Source: Camelus dromedarius (lineage: Eukaryota). From it: a stretch of 64,000 bases of DNA. Under the pieces are notes generated by a model. That model ran no database searches, was not told the DNA's origin, and worked only from the letters and a program-made list of their open reading frames with translations. Both the position numbers and the translations under genes were made by a program. Of this stretch, positions 12,573 to 23,399 are shown piece by piece. Numbering within the stretch: position 1 is the stretch's first letter; each line of letters opens with the position of its first letter. The DNA lies in NCBI RefSeq assembly GCF_036321535.1, contig NC_087447.1:42906001-42970000 (forward strand). Direction: 5' to 3'.

Positions 12573-12947
12573 GTAATGAAGGCTTCTCTGTTTCTGCTGG
12601 CTTCTGTTTTTTGTTCGAAAGGCCCCAGGCCTGGGGCAGATCATGGTGGTGCCCAGGGTGGGCTCAGAGCATGGCCACTGGAAGCATGAGTAGTTTGTGC
12701 GTGTTCTAGGGGACCCCGGGAGCCATGGCCACCACAGCCCCCGCCACTGCTGCTGTGTCAGACCTGACTGGACACGTGAACCATTCTCTTTTCTCTTCCT
12801 CTTTGTCTTTTCCATCCATGCTTCTCTTCTTGCTGTCTTTTTCTTTCTTGTGTTCTTCACTTCTATTCCACCTTGTTCTCTGTCTCTCCTTCCTTCTTAT
12901 CCTCCACTTTTCTCTTCTGTTTGCTTCCCCTTCTTTCCTCCCTCAAG

Positions 12948-13100
12948 GCCCGGCATTATTACCAGATTATCAAGAGGCCCATGGACCTGTCCATCATCCG
13001 GAGGAAGCTGCAAAAGAAGGACCCAGCCCACTACACCACCCCGGAGGAGGTGGTGTCAGACGTCCGCCTCATGTTCTGGAACTGTGCTAAGTTCAATTAT
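12948..13100 (+). CDS. TRIM66: TRIM66 coding exon, bromodomain core (ARHYYQIIKRPMDLSIIRRKL...FWNCAKFNY)
   Basis: Long pyrimidine tract plus caag| acceptor, TAT|gtacgt donor; 153 nt; YYxIIKxPMDL and the conserved acetyl-lysine-binding Asn (FN) are present. Confidence 0.96.
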
Positions 13101-13496
13101 GTACGTCTCTCCTGCTTTCCCTCTCTCCTACTTCCAGTGACCCCAGGACTGTCATGCTGGACGAGGGTGTCAGGTTTGGGCCTGGGCTGCCATGAGGACC
13201 CGGGAGCAGACCTCCTGGGGCCTACTGTAGTGAATGTCTATAAGCTGTCTCCCACATTTGGGCCTCAGCATGGACTCGGGAGAAAGATGGGGAGTGCTAG
13301 GGACTGGCTATCTGTGGGAAACTGCCAGGGTCACTTCTGCTTTAAGAGCTAATACTCAACTGGTTATCCTGAGTCCCAAGGAGAAAGTGTAATGTTCCCA
13401 GCCAGGCTTTGTGCTCTCTGTATAGTTCATGGGGGCCCTGGAAGAGGTGGGCTGGGGGAAACGGGCCAGCCTGTCACTGCTCTCCTCCCGCTTCAG

Positions 13497-13715
13497 CCCG
13501 ACTCAGAGGTTGCAGAGGCAGGCCGCTGCCTGGAAGTGTTCTTTGAGGGCTGGTTGAAGGAGATCTACCCGGAGAAACGGTTTGCTCAGCCAAGGCAGGA
13601 GGACTCAGACTCCGAGGAGGTGTCTAGTGAGAGTGGTTATTCCACTCCCCAGGGCTTCCCATGGCCCCACTATGTGCAGGAGGGCATCCAACCCAAGAGG
13701 CGGCGGCGACATCTG
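13497..13715 (+). CDS. TRIM66: TRIM66 coding exon, end of bromodomain and basic NLS-like PKRRRRH
   Basis: cccgcttcag| acceptor, CTG|gtaagg donor; 219 nt, phase 0-0; PDSEVAEAGRCLEVFFEGWLKEIYPEK. Confidence 0.95.
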
Positions 13716-14458
13716 GTAAGGAGTTGCTGCCAGCTGGCAGGCGGGTAGGTGGGCAGGCGACGGCACCCATACCGCATGTACAGAGCATCCTAAAGTGAAG
13801 CTGCTTAGGTGGCACCAGAGAGCGGTGACAGTGACCCCTCACTTTCAACCCTTTAGTCTGAGAGGAAGGCGGGGCAGTGAGGGCCTCATCAAGTCCAGTT
13901 ACCTCTCTGAGGCTTGAAACTCAGAGTGGTGGATGTACCTGCCCAGGGTCACCCAGAAAATTAGCAGCAGAACCAGAGTGAGAAACCAGGCCTCCTGAAT
14001 CCTAGCTCAGTGCTGGTTATTCTATACTGTGCTGCCTATAAGAAAAGGAGTACCTGGTCTCAGTGCCTGATCTCAGCTTGGGTTTGGGAGAAAGAGAGGG
14101 TCTTTTCAGCCCCTTAGTACAGAGAAGAAAGGAGAGGTTGCTTACAGAATGGAGATCTCCCCTGACCTGTGCTGTCTGGTCCCAGTTGTGCAGACCTGAA
14201 ACATCAATTCAGTGTTGTTTAAGTCCACTGAAATGTGTTGCCCGCCCACCGTGTGCCAGGGTCTGACTGGCCATCCCTGGTTGTTTACAACACTTGGCAC
14301 ACAGTGCTTAGTGATGTCAGTGAGTTTTGCTCTTGGATTCCTGGGGTGGAATAAAACACTTTGGCTCTGGGGAATCCCAGTCTGGACAGTTGGCCTTTTC
14401 ACATTAATAAACCCTACCTTTGGTCATTCTGATTCCTAATATATTTTTCTGCTTTCAG

Positions 14459-14518
14459 GAGAATGAAAGAGCAAAAAGAGTGTCATTCCGCCTGGCCAAC
14501 AGCATCTCCCAGGTGTGA
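14459..14518 (+). CDS. TRIM66: TRIM66 terminal coding exon (ENERAKRVSFRLANSISQV*)
   Basis: tttttctgctttcag| acceptor; TGA at 14516-14518; resembles the recalled TRIM66 C-terminus. Confidence 0.93.
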   Translation, partial: ENERAKRVSFRLANSISQV

Positions 14519-17500
14519 GAGCTGGAAGGAGGCCGAGCACTCTGGCAGCTGGTGCCCCATCCTGTTGACCACTCCTCCCCACCTTTCAGCTCATTCTCTT
14601 CAGATTGTGGATGTGAGACAAGTCCTGTTGAGCCTGTAGTACCCTTCTTTGCCATGTGCATCTTACAGCATTTATTTGGGAGCCATAGTGCATCCACTAC
14701 AGATTTCACTAATAAACAGCAAAGAGGGGGGTGTTCCCTATTATCAGAACAATCAGCTGTGTAGGGTCTACTTGACAAGACCAAGCCCAGTTAGGCTCAG
14801 GAGGACCAACTTCCTTCATGAATTCTTTCTGCTGAGGAAAGCAGACTTTTCTCACCTTTCAGTGTGGAGGGCTCAGGAGCAATGTATATATGAACTCCTC
14901 CTGGGCCCAGAAGAGGGTAGAAGAAGGGAGAGAGGTTCTGACATACTGCAGGCCTGTGATCCCTGGCCCAGCACAGCCAAAGACTGTCACTGTTTGCCTT
15001 TGTTTGACCTGCTCGGACAGCGGCGCCTGCCCTGGGCAGGGTAATGAGGCTTCCAAAGGCCACGGGTCTCAATTGGTGCCTATTCGGGTTCTAACGGTTT
15101 TCAGGGTATTTGTTTTTCATGCCCCCTTTCCTGATGCTGACTTAAGCAGCTGCTGGGAAGCTCTGGATAGTGTGGCATTTGTGACGAGGCTGGGTGGCTG
15201 TGCAGGGACCACTTACATCTTCAGGCTCAGATCTCACTTGCAGGCTTGAGAAGGTGTTAACTTCAGAGCCTGCACTCTGTGGCACTTACTTTGGGCTAAT
15301 AGCTCTTCTTCGGTGTCAGAACCTGTTTCTTAGAAGTGATTGTTGGTGGTCACTCCTTCATTATATCCATTCAGAGGCCCACATCCTGAGTTCTGCTTAG
15401 GAAAACTGTGAGGCAGCTGCTGTCTGCTTCACATGCAGTTTCCAGGCCAAGGAGAATGACCCACAACCTGCTCACTCTGCTTGGCCTCTCCTCTTGCCTA
15501 GGGATCCTAGTTCTCAACTCCTCCACATCACAGAGCCAAAGATTGGAAGTGAGTCCTCTGACTCGCCTGCCCCCAGGCTGTCCACAGCCCAGAAAAAGCC
15601 AGGACTCTGCCGGCAGCCCTTTTTTGGTTGTAGGTTAGAGAAGGCCAGAGGGGCTGGCAGGAGCCAGACCTAAGCATTCATATAAGTTCTGTCTTGGGTG
15701 GAAAAGGGGAAAACTGAGAGGTGAGAATCCTCTTTGGTGTCCTTTGGTGACCCTGGAGCAACTTCAGGACTTTCTTTCTCCTAGGGTGGAGGGAGAAGTG
15801 TTCTGGAGGCCCCGGGAACAGGAGCGTGCTCCAGGCTGCATCTTGGATGCATCTTTGTGGTCTGCGCAGGGTGTTTGGGAAGAAGAGGCATAGGCAGCTG
15901 CTGAGGGTCAGGCCACCTCACCAGCAAGGGCTTAGTTGAGAAGGAACCTGTTACTGATGTTGGCCTGGCCTGGCGACAGCTCTCCTTGGTCCTGTCATGG
16001 CTTAGCTGATTTCAAGGGAATCTTAGGTCATGGCTTTATTTTTGCTAAGAGATGCAGTTTAAGGAAGATCTTTGTAGGGCCTTTGTTAATGGGGAAATTT
16101 TGATCAGAGAAAATGTTTTTCTCCTTGTGAGCTGATGGTACTGCTCGTTTCTTCTGCACCAAGGCTGAGAGACAGACCATCTTCACTTCAAAGCAGACTG
16201 TGCCCGCTGACTTGCCATTCTTTCACCAGCACATGCCAAGCTCTCCTAAGCAGCTGGGCTTCCATAATTTCTGTTTTCTAGTTTGTGGTAACTAAGTCTT
16301 GAATACCGGGCAATCTTTGGATATAACCCTCTACTCTTTGGGGCTCATATGACTTTCTGGTTTGGGCGCTGGTCACTTCCCTTTCAGTTTTTGAATCTTT
16401 TTCTCTGTTTGGTTGGCTTGGCAAGCTTCCCTCTGTAATTACCTCATTAATTCCTCCTCTTGGTCATCTTTCCTTTGTGTGGCCCCCTCTTCCCATCTTC
16501 CCTGAATGAGCTTTATGGTGCTTTGTGTTGGGCAGCCAGGTGAGGGCTGTGACAGGCTCAAACCTGATTGACATCTTTCCCCAAGATCAGTTGGAAACCA
16601 CAAATATAGAGCAGAAATACCTGGTTAAATGCTTGGCCTCCCTTCTATCAGCGAAGTTCTCAGCTTGGGTGTAGCCTTCTGGGCCCAAGGGTCAGTCCGC
16701 TGGGCCAGGGAACCTCAGTAATGTGGTAGAGAATCACACATTCCCTTCCCATTGCAGAGACCCTGCATGCTGAGTAGCTCCCTTTAGGCACCTGAGCAGG
16801 GAGGCAGGGGAGGTAGTGTGTCCTTTCCTCCAAGGGTGCAAGGCCCTGGCCCACCACACCATTCCTTCATTGGCGATTCCACAGCACACATTCTCCCTGG
16901 CTTTTCCTGGGTACTTAGCACCAATGTTTTAAGTCATGGTTTTGTTTTGTTTTTGCATGCACAAAACAGCATGACTTTTTGGAAATTAAACAAAAGGCGA
17001 CTAGCTGAGTAACTGACTTCAGTGACTCTTTGCTAGCATTTGAGCTAATCCTGCTTTTGACTTATTCCCATAATGGCCCCATTTTGGAGTCAGTTAAATC
17101 CTTTGGCCATTGACAAAGTCATAAAGTGGAAACACAAGGAGCTCTGGATTCTTGTGATACAGAATGTAGTCCTAGAAGAGAAATTCGGTTTCTTGGGTAT
17201 GCTGCTGAGAAACGGAAGAATGGAGTGGCTTCAGTTGATGCAAAGGAGATTTTAGTGCACTCTTCTAGAACATGAGTAGGTTGGCTCTGCCTAACTTCCA
17301 GCAATTGCCAGCTGTACATCACCCTGCCTGCCTCTGCAGGTACCCCCTCCCTAGTGGTGGCCACCAGATTCTCTATCAGCTCTGCTCCACCGCAGGCCTT
17401 GCCATCAACCCTGGTGGACTCTGGCTCCCTGTCCCCATTTCTGGCAATGGTCTTTGCCTTGCTGCTAAAACCCGACCCCTTCTTGTTTATTCCTGGGCTC

Positions 17501-19780
17501 TGCTCCATTTTCTCTCTCACTCCATTGCTGTCACCTATAGTCTCTTCTTCTGAACTCCCAAACTGAGACTCTGCTCTTTCTGGATTAACATCCCCTGTGC
17601 TGCTGTTTCTCACACTCCTCCACTGCCGTCTCTTTAAATTGCCTGCTCCTTTAGCCCAGGTCCAAGACCTTAGCTCTCTGTGCTCTGAGTCTTTCACCTT
17701 CTCCCGGACTTCTTCCTCTCTTGAGCCTAAATCCATGGTCCATGCATGACACACTGATGTTTTTGTCAGCATCCTGGACTTTCTCATCCTTTCCAACTTT
17801 AGCTGAAACTACCAACCATTCTCCATTTTCTGCATCAGCCTTTTTGGATTCCTCTTTCTGGGCTGCTAAGCATGACCAGTGCAGAGTTGACAGCCTCAGC
17901 TGGGCTCTCAGTATCAATTGGTATGTCTTTGACTTCTCATTACTCTGCGTTCCATCCATGCCCTTCATCTTGCTCTCAGCGAATGACTGACCTCATTGCC
18001 TGCTTCACAGAAGAGAGGCTCTAAAGCAAGAACTTCCCTGTCCACTTGCTCCTCTCCCCCTCCCACCCACCTGTGTCTGTATCCCTCCTCAGCTCCCCCC
18101 CCCCCCCCCGGTTGCTCCTACTTGGTGCTCTAATTCTTGCGTCCTGCTCTTTGTCCTCCAAGACTTTGCTCCATTGTTTATCCCACTGCTCTCATTTTCC
18201 AGGGTCTTCAACCTCCCTCTCCATTTGTTACCTCCACATAACTTACAAACCAACAAATTTCTCCCCAAGATTAAAACAAAAGTTCTTAGAGTCTGTTGCC
18301 TTTACATTTTTTCCTCGTCAGCTGTTTCTTAAAAAAAAAACAACAAAACTTTTCATTGATTCTTCTCAGTCATTCTTCAGTCCTCTACAGTTTTTCATAA
18401 AAGCCACCAGTGAACCACCCAGTTGCCAAATCAAATACCTTTCAGTCCTCAGGCTGTCTTGAACGCTCTACAGCATTTCACATCATCTACCACTTCCTCT
18501 TTGAAAACCCCTTTTCACTTGGCTTTCATGACACCACAGTTCTTTGGATTATCCTCTTACCTTTCAGCCAAAAGCCTTCCTGTGAAATACTGATGGAGGA
18601 CACATCTGTAGCTTTCTGTGGTCTTGCCTCTTCATGAGTTGCATAGGCAGGAGGAAGCACAGCTGCTCCTGCTCCCTACCCTCTGTGTCTGCCTGTTTTC
18701 TGTAAGTTCATTTCTTCTCTTTGACTCAGTCCTCCTGATGCCAAGCATGTGTATGACTTCTGCTGGGAAGACAGCATCCGTGACTCTTTCCCTCTGTCTC
18801 TCTCAGTGCAGCATGGAGACAGATTTTTGCCGTGTTTGCTAAGAGACTCCATATAAATCAACCCCAAAATGTGGATTGGGTCTTACCAAGAAGAAATTTG
18901 ATAAACTGGATTACCAGGCTGGTGGGCAGTTCATCAGTATGATCCTCATAGTAATTAGAGCCTGCCACAGTCAGTAAGGAGTTTGGGATGATGGTAAGCA
19001 CAATTCCACGTGTGGTTCAGTGCTGCTAGCCAGGAGGAGACTCCTGGCTGGGGTGGGTGTCTGTCACTGATAACATTCTGATGGAGGGAACCTGGGAAGT
19101 GCTGTGACTCATCACTTGGGGTTCAGCTGGAGTCAGCCTGGCCCCCTTTTGCCAGGTCTTTCCTGTCTGTACTGATCGTCACCACCTGCTTGCTCCAGTT
19201 GTTCCCGGAGCTGGAGGCAGATGCTGGTTGTCTTCTTGGAAGTAGGAAGGTGTGGTAGAAAGGTATCTGAGTTGAGATGCTAAGCATGTAAGTTCTGGCT
19301 CTGCCAATTACGAGCTGTGTGACCTAGGGTACAGTTTCCCCATCTATAAAGTTGTGAGGAGAGGGAGGGGGAAACAGTGATCTCTCAGAGGCTCTCCAGC
19401 TCTAAAGATGGTAATGGTGATTCTAATTCTGAAGCTCAGGCCACACAAGGAACAAGGGAGCACTGGAGTAGGACACAGCTAGGGAGTCTTGACCAAGGCA
19501 GGGCAAAGGGACTCACAGGCCAAACTGAGCTGCTCTGAGGAAGGTCTTCAGTAGCCGGTGCTGCTTCTGGAGCCGTGCACCCCTTCCTCAAGCTGCACTG
19601 CTGTGTTGGCTCTCTAGAGTGGGTTTCTCCTAGGCCTTTTCTAGAAGTGGCCACTGGAGACAAAGTAGTTGGGGGCATGAGGGAGGGATGTTATAAGGGG
19701 AAGTGTCACTGATTTTAAAATCACATTCAAGACCTACACGTTCAAGAACAAATTAAAAACATAGCACTTTTCTTTACCAA
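14519..19780 (+). other. TRIM66: Probable long 3'UTR of TRIM66
   Basis: Follows the stop codon; proximal AATAAA 14711-14716; distal ATTAAA 19752-19757 followed by a GU/U-rich element (ttgtgtcctggagtgtttttt). The end is inferred. Confidence 0.55.
17300..18570 (+). mobile_element. Ancient L2 ORF2 fragment inside the probable TRIM66 3'UTR
   Basis: Pyrimidine-rich L2-like text; ~18410-18560 translates ...STAFHIIYHFLFENPFSLGFHDTTVLW, resembling L2 RT SAAFDTVDHxLLLxTLxSLGFxDTTLSW. The 5' boundary is uncertain. Confidence 0.7.
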
Positions 19781-19805
19781 TAATTGTGTCCTGGAGTGTT
19801 TTTTC
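19752..19805 (+). terminator. Candidate distal polyadenylation signal (ATTAAA plus downstream GU-rich element)
   Basis: ATTAAA, CA about 21 nt downstream, then tgtgtcctggagtgtttttt; dense repeats begin shortly after. Confidence 0.5.
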
Positions 19806-20149
19806 AGTGAAGATGGTCGAACCTACTTCATGGTCTTCTCGCCTCTGGACTCCAACATCATTAAGAACACAAGGTGGGGAAGGGTAGACTGGGACCCTTT
19901 CTTTCAGGAAGAACTTGGCTCTTACTGCATGAACACAGCCTGTTCTTCAAAATACAGGCAGCAAGTCTGAGGCAGGATTAGGGGAAAAAGCATCTTATGA
20001 ATATCCACCACTTCTAGGCACCAAACACTTCAGGAATATCCTCTATATGGTGGTATCTCCTAGTTACTTAGCCTTAACCTTCCTCTCTGCCCAATGGTTT
20101 CTAGCCATTTGTGGGGTTGAGGACATTGTAATGAATATTTGTCACTCAT

Positions 20150-20600
20150 TTTGACCAGATGGAATCTGAACTTCTTTCCTATTTGGGGGGAACGCCCCAC
20201 CTCAGGAGTCCAGAGGCAGAATGCACGCTTCATTATAGAAGCTAAATATATTAAAATCTTGATTTCTCAGCATCCCTTGCAGCCTGGGTACAGGTCTAGT
20301 GGTAGTTGTTAAATAAAAGAGAACGAAGAGAAAGGAAACGCAAAGCAAGGACTACAGAGACCTCTCTGGTGGCAGGACTAGTTGCAGCGAGGTGGGGTTT
20401 CCATGGCAGCATGAACAGCAGTACCAGCTGAAGTGCCTAGTGGTTGATGGCAGCGACAGTTTCTGTAGCACACCAGTCAGCTCTTAGCTTCATTCTCTGG
20501 CTTTTCCAACAATTCTGTGAGATGCTTTAAAAAATCTTTTAATAAACTCAATTTCTGCTTAAATTAGCCAGAATCTTTTACTTGCAACTAAGCACCCTAT
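20150..20600 (+). mobile_element. MaLR (MLT1-like) LTR remnant
   Basis: 3' end aataaactcaatttctgcttaaattagccaga...cttgcaactaagcacc is typical of MLT1 LTRs. Confidence 0.5.
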
Positions 20601-22009
20601 GCAGAAATCTTGAGGTATCTGATAGTCATGGACCCACTCTCAGAGCTTCAGACCCACACACCCTGTGGTCTGTGGACACCTCCACTTGGGTGTCTCAGCA
20701 TCACCTGTCACTGGCCATCCTCTTACCATTCTTCCTTGCATATTCCCTATCTCAGCAGCCAGGAACATGGGAAGGAAACTGGGTGATGTGGTGTCAGAGA
20801 AGCCAAGGAAATTTGTACTTCGAGGAAGGATGGCTATCACTTTTAATGCTTACAATGAGACCTGGAAATCTTCTCTAACCGCCTCCACACCTTGACTCTT
20901 CAGAGAAGCCCAAGTTCCTAAAACCTTTCCCACACCTGCTCTGAGCTTTCTGCTGTGTTTGGTTCTTACTAATTTGTTCAGTTCTGGCCTTCTCTAGGTC
21001 CCAGGGGAACCTCTCTACGTCCCTTTCCTCAGGCTCCATAGCAAGCTGCTGGAGCCAGCCCGCTCCCCAGAGCCAGCCCTGCCCTGGCAGGTAGGTCTGC
21101 AGCAGACTTCCTCTTCCTGCGCTTGTGGCCTGTGGGCTGCTTTATCCACTAGGCAGTGCAGGCAGAGTATCCAGGGCCTGGGAGCTTTTCAGGGGCCTGT
21201 AAAAATATAAGTCCTGAAAAAAATTAGAATTAAAAATGGCAGAACCTAAATAAATAAATATCTGATTAAATGTCTATAAACTAGACCATTATGTGAAATT
21301 CATGACTGTAATTTTATAACAATTTCATAAAAATTTTATTGCACTTGAAAACAATTCATAAGTTAGAGGGTTTTTTTGCATCACAAGGAATTCTACATAC
21401 ACTTAGCTTTATAATCATCTGTGTAGAAGACATTTTTGTTAGATTTCTTCCTAGGTATTTGATATTTTTTGGTTCTGTTACAAATGGGAAGTTTTACTTT
21501 CTGTTTGATGCTAGTATACAGAAATGCACTTAAATTTTGTATATAATCTTATATATAGTAACCTTGCAAAATTCACCTATTTAAATAATTCATTTGTAAA
21601 TTATTTTGGATTCCTATGTAAAAATCATATCATTTAATAATAAAATTTTTATTTTTTTATTTCCAAAAAAATTCTACATGCACTTAGATGATTCCTAAGA
21701 AAACTAAGCCAATTGTAAATTAAATGAATTACTCCTAGTGAAAGAATTCAAAAGGCAGAACTACAAAAACAATTTCGAGATTGCAGTAAAAACTCTATTT
21801 ACTATAGACAATGGGTGCACTTTAATGTTTGATGTGTGTTGTAGGGCCTCCTAGAATAAGAATGCCTGGACTCTTGGAAGAGGCCTCATGCATGGGCCCT
21901 GGAGCTTTGGTGTGAGGACCTCATCACACAGACATCAGCCCCTGGAGTCCTTGCACACACTATGGTTTCAGGACTGAGGCTGTAACCAGTCCCTAGAGGC
22001 CACTTTCAA

Positions 22010-22490
22010 ACCATGGAAGAGACTGATAATTGTTGCCAGTATTCATTTTCTCCTTAATTTTAATAATAGTCCCCTTCTCCACCTTCCCCAGCCTCTTCTA
22101 CAGCTGGATTCATAAGTTCTTATGAATAAGTTCTAGCCAATCAATTATGAGAAGCAGTGATGTATACAAGTTCCAAGACACAGGATTTAAATGAAATTGC
22201 TCGTCCTCCACTTCCTTTCTCTTTACCTTTCCTCCAGACAGCACAGATAAGCTGCTAGTCACGCCTGTCAATCATGCGGATGAACGTGACATCCTAGAGA
22301 ATGGTGAAACAGGAAGTAGAAATAAGCTAGGTTCTTCTGACGGTCTCACAGAGCAGTCACCCATCTACCTTGAGCTGCCTCCTTACCTCTTTGGGCTGTT
22401 ACCTGAGAAAGAAACACATTTCTATGTTTAAGCCCCTCTACTTACTAATTTTTTGTTGTTACAGCAGCTGAGCCTATAGTCTAATATACC
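22010..22490 (+). mobile_element. MaLR (MLT1-like) LTR remnant
   Basis: aagttctagccaat...agaaagaaacacatttctatgtttaagcc...ttgttacagcagctgagcct is an MLT1-type ending. Confidence 0.55.
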
Positions 22491-22906
22491 AAAAACAGAG
22501 CTTTATTTGGCTGTCAGCCTGAGGGGCTATTCCTAAGCTTCCTGGAAGTTGCTTTACCCCTGGCCTCCAGAGGTGTAAGGCCTCCTGAGGCCGAGCTCAG
22601 GATTCAAGGAGAAAACAAGGACCTCTCTGTGCCTGGAAAGACGACCACGATGGCCCCAGCCCTGCCCCGGCCTAAGGACGAAGGCCTGGTGCTGCTGGGA
22701 GCAGTTGTCTTGTCTAGGGCTCTGCTCCCCGTTTGTCCCAGTGAGTCCCAGGTATGTTGTGTCCCCCTGACATTGTCGCTTCAGAGCAAAGGCTGTCCCA
22801 GGCAGTTCTCTGTGACTTTTTAAGTTTATCAGGAGTTTAATGAAGAATTCATCCTCTCTTTCCTATATGAAATGCATCTCTGGGTAGCCAAATAGTTGAT
22901 GAGATT

Positions 22907-23353
22907 GTCAACTTCAAAATGCACAACATAAGAGTTATGAGTTTTCGTTTTATTCAGGGAACTTACTAGGGACTATAGCCCAGGGGGTGGCCTCTGCTCT
23001 GAAGAGGTAGGAGAGAAACCAGCTTATGCATGATTTTGGCTAGGGAACATGTGCAGTCAAACATGCATCTTGATAAAAGATGATTGCTAGCCACAAAGAA
23101 CAGATATCTCAAGTTAATGATTTTAGTGCTTTTCTGTGTATGGGGAGATGCAAGAATCTGAGTTCATTAAAATTCTTCCTGAGATACACATCTACCTATC
23201 TAGGGCCTGGTTTTCCAAAGTACAGAGTGCCTCATCCTGTTTTTCATCCTAGATCCCTCTCAGGGTGCATGTTGGTCAGTGACTGCTGTGGCTAACCACT
23301 TAATCCTTGCCAAACTGGGTGGTAAGCAATGCTCTTTGTTCTTCTTTGTTTGC
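22907..23353 (-). mobile_element. ERV1-class solo LTR
   Basis: Starts TGT; antisense AATAAA near 22949; contains gatatctcaagttaatgattttagtgcttttctgtgtatggggagatgcaagaatctg, recalled from ungulate ERV1 LTRs. Confidence 0.55.
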
Positions 23354-23399
23354 AAGGGGAAGTGTCTCTTTCAGAAGTATTCCAGCTAATAATTGAAGG

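Noticed and set aside
17119..17796. 225-aa minus-strand ORF, the longest in the track
   Set aside because: Antisense to the pyrimidine-rich L2 relic and probable TRIM66 UTR; non-ATG start and no recognisable domain.
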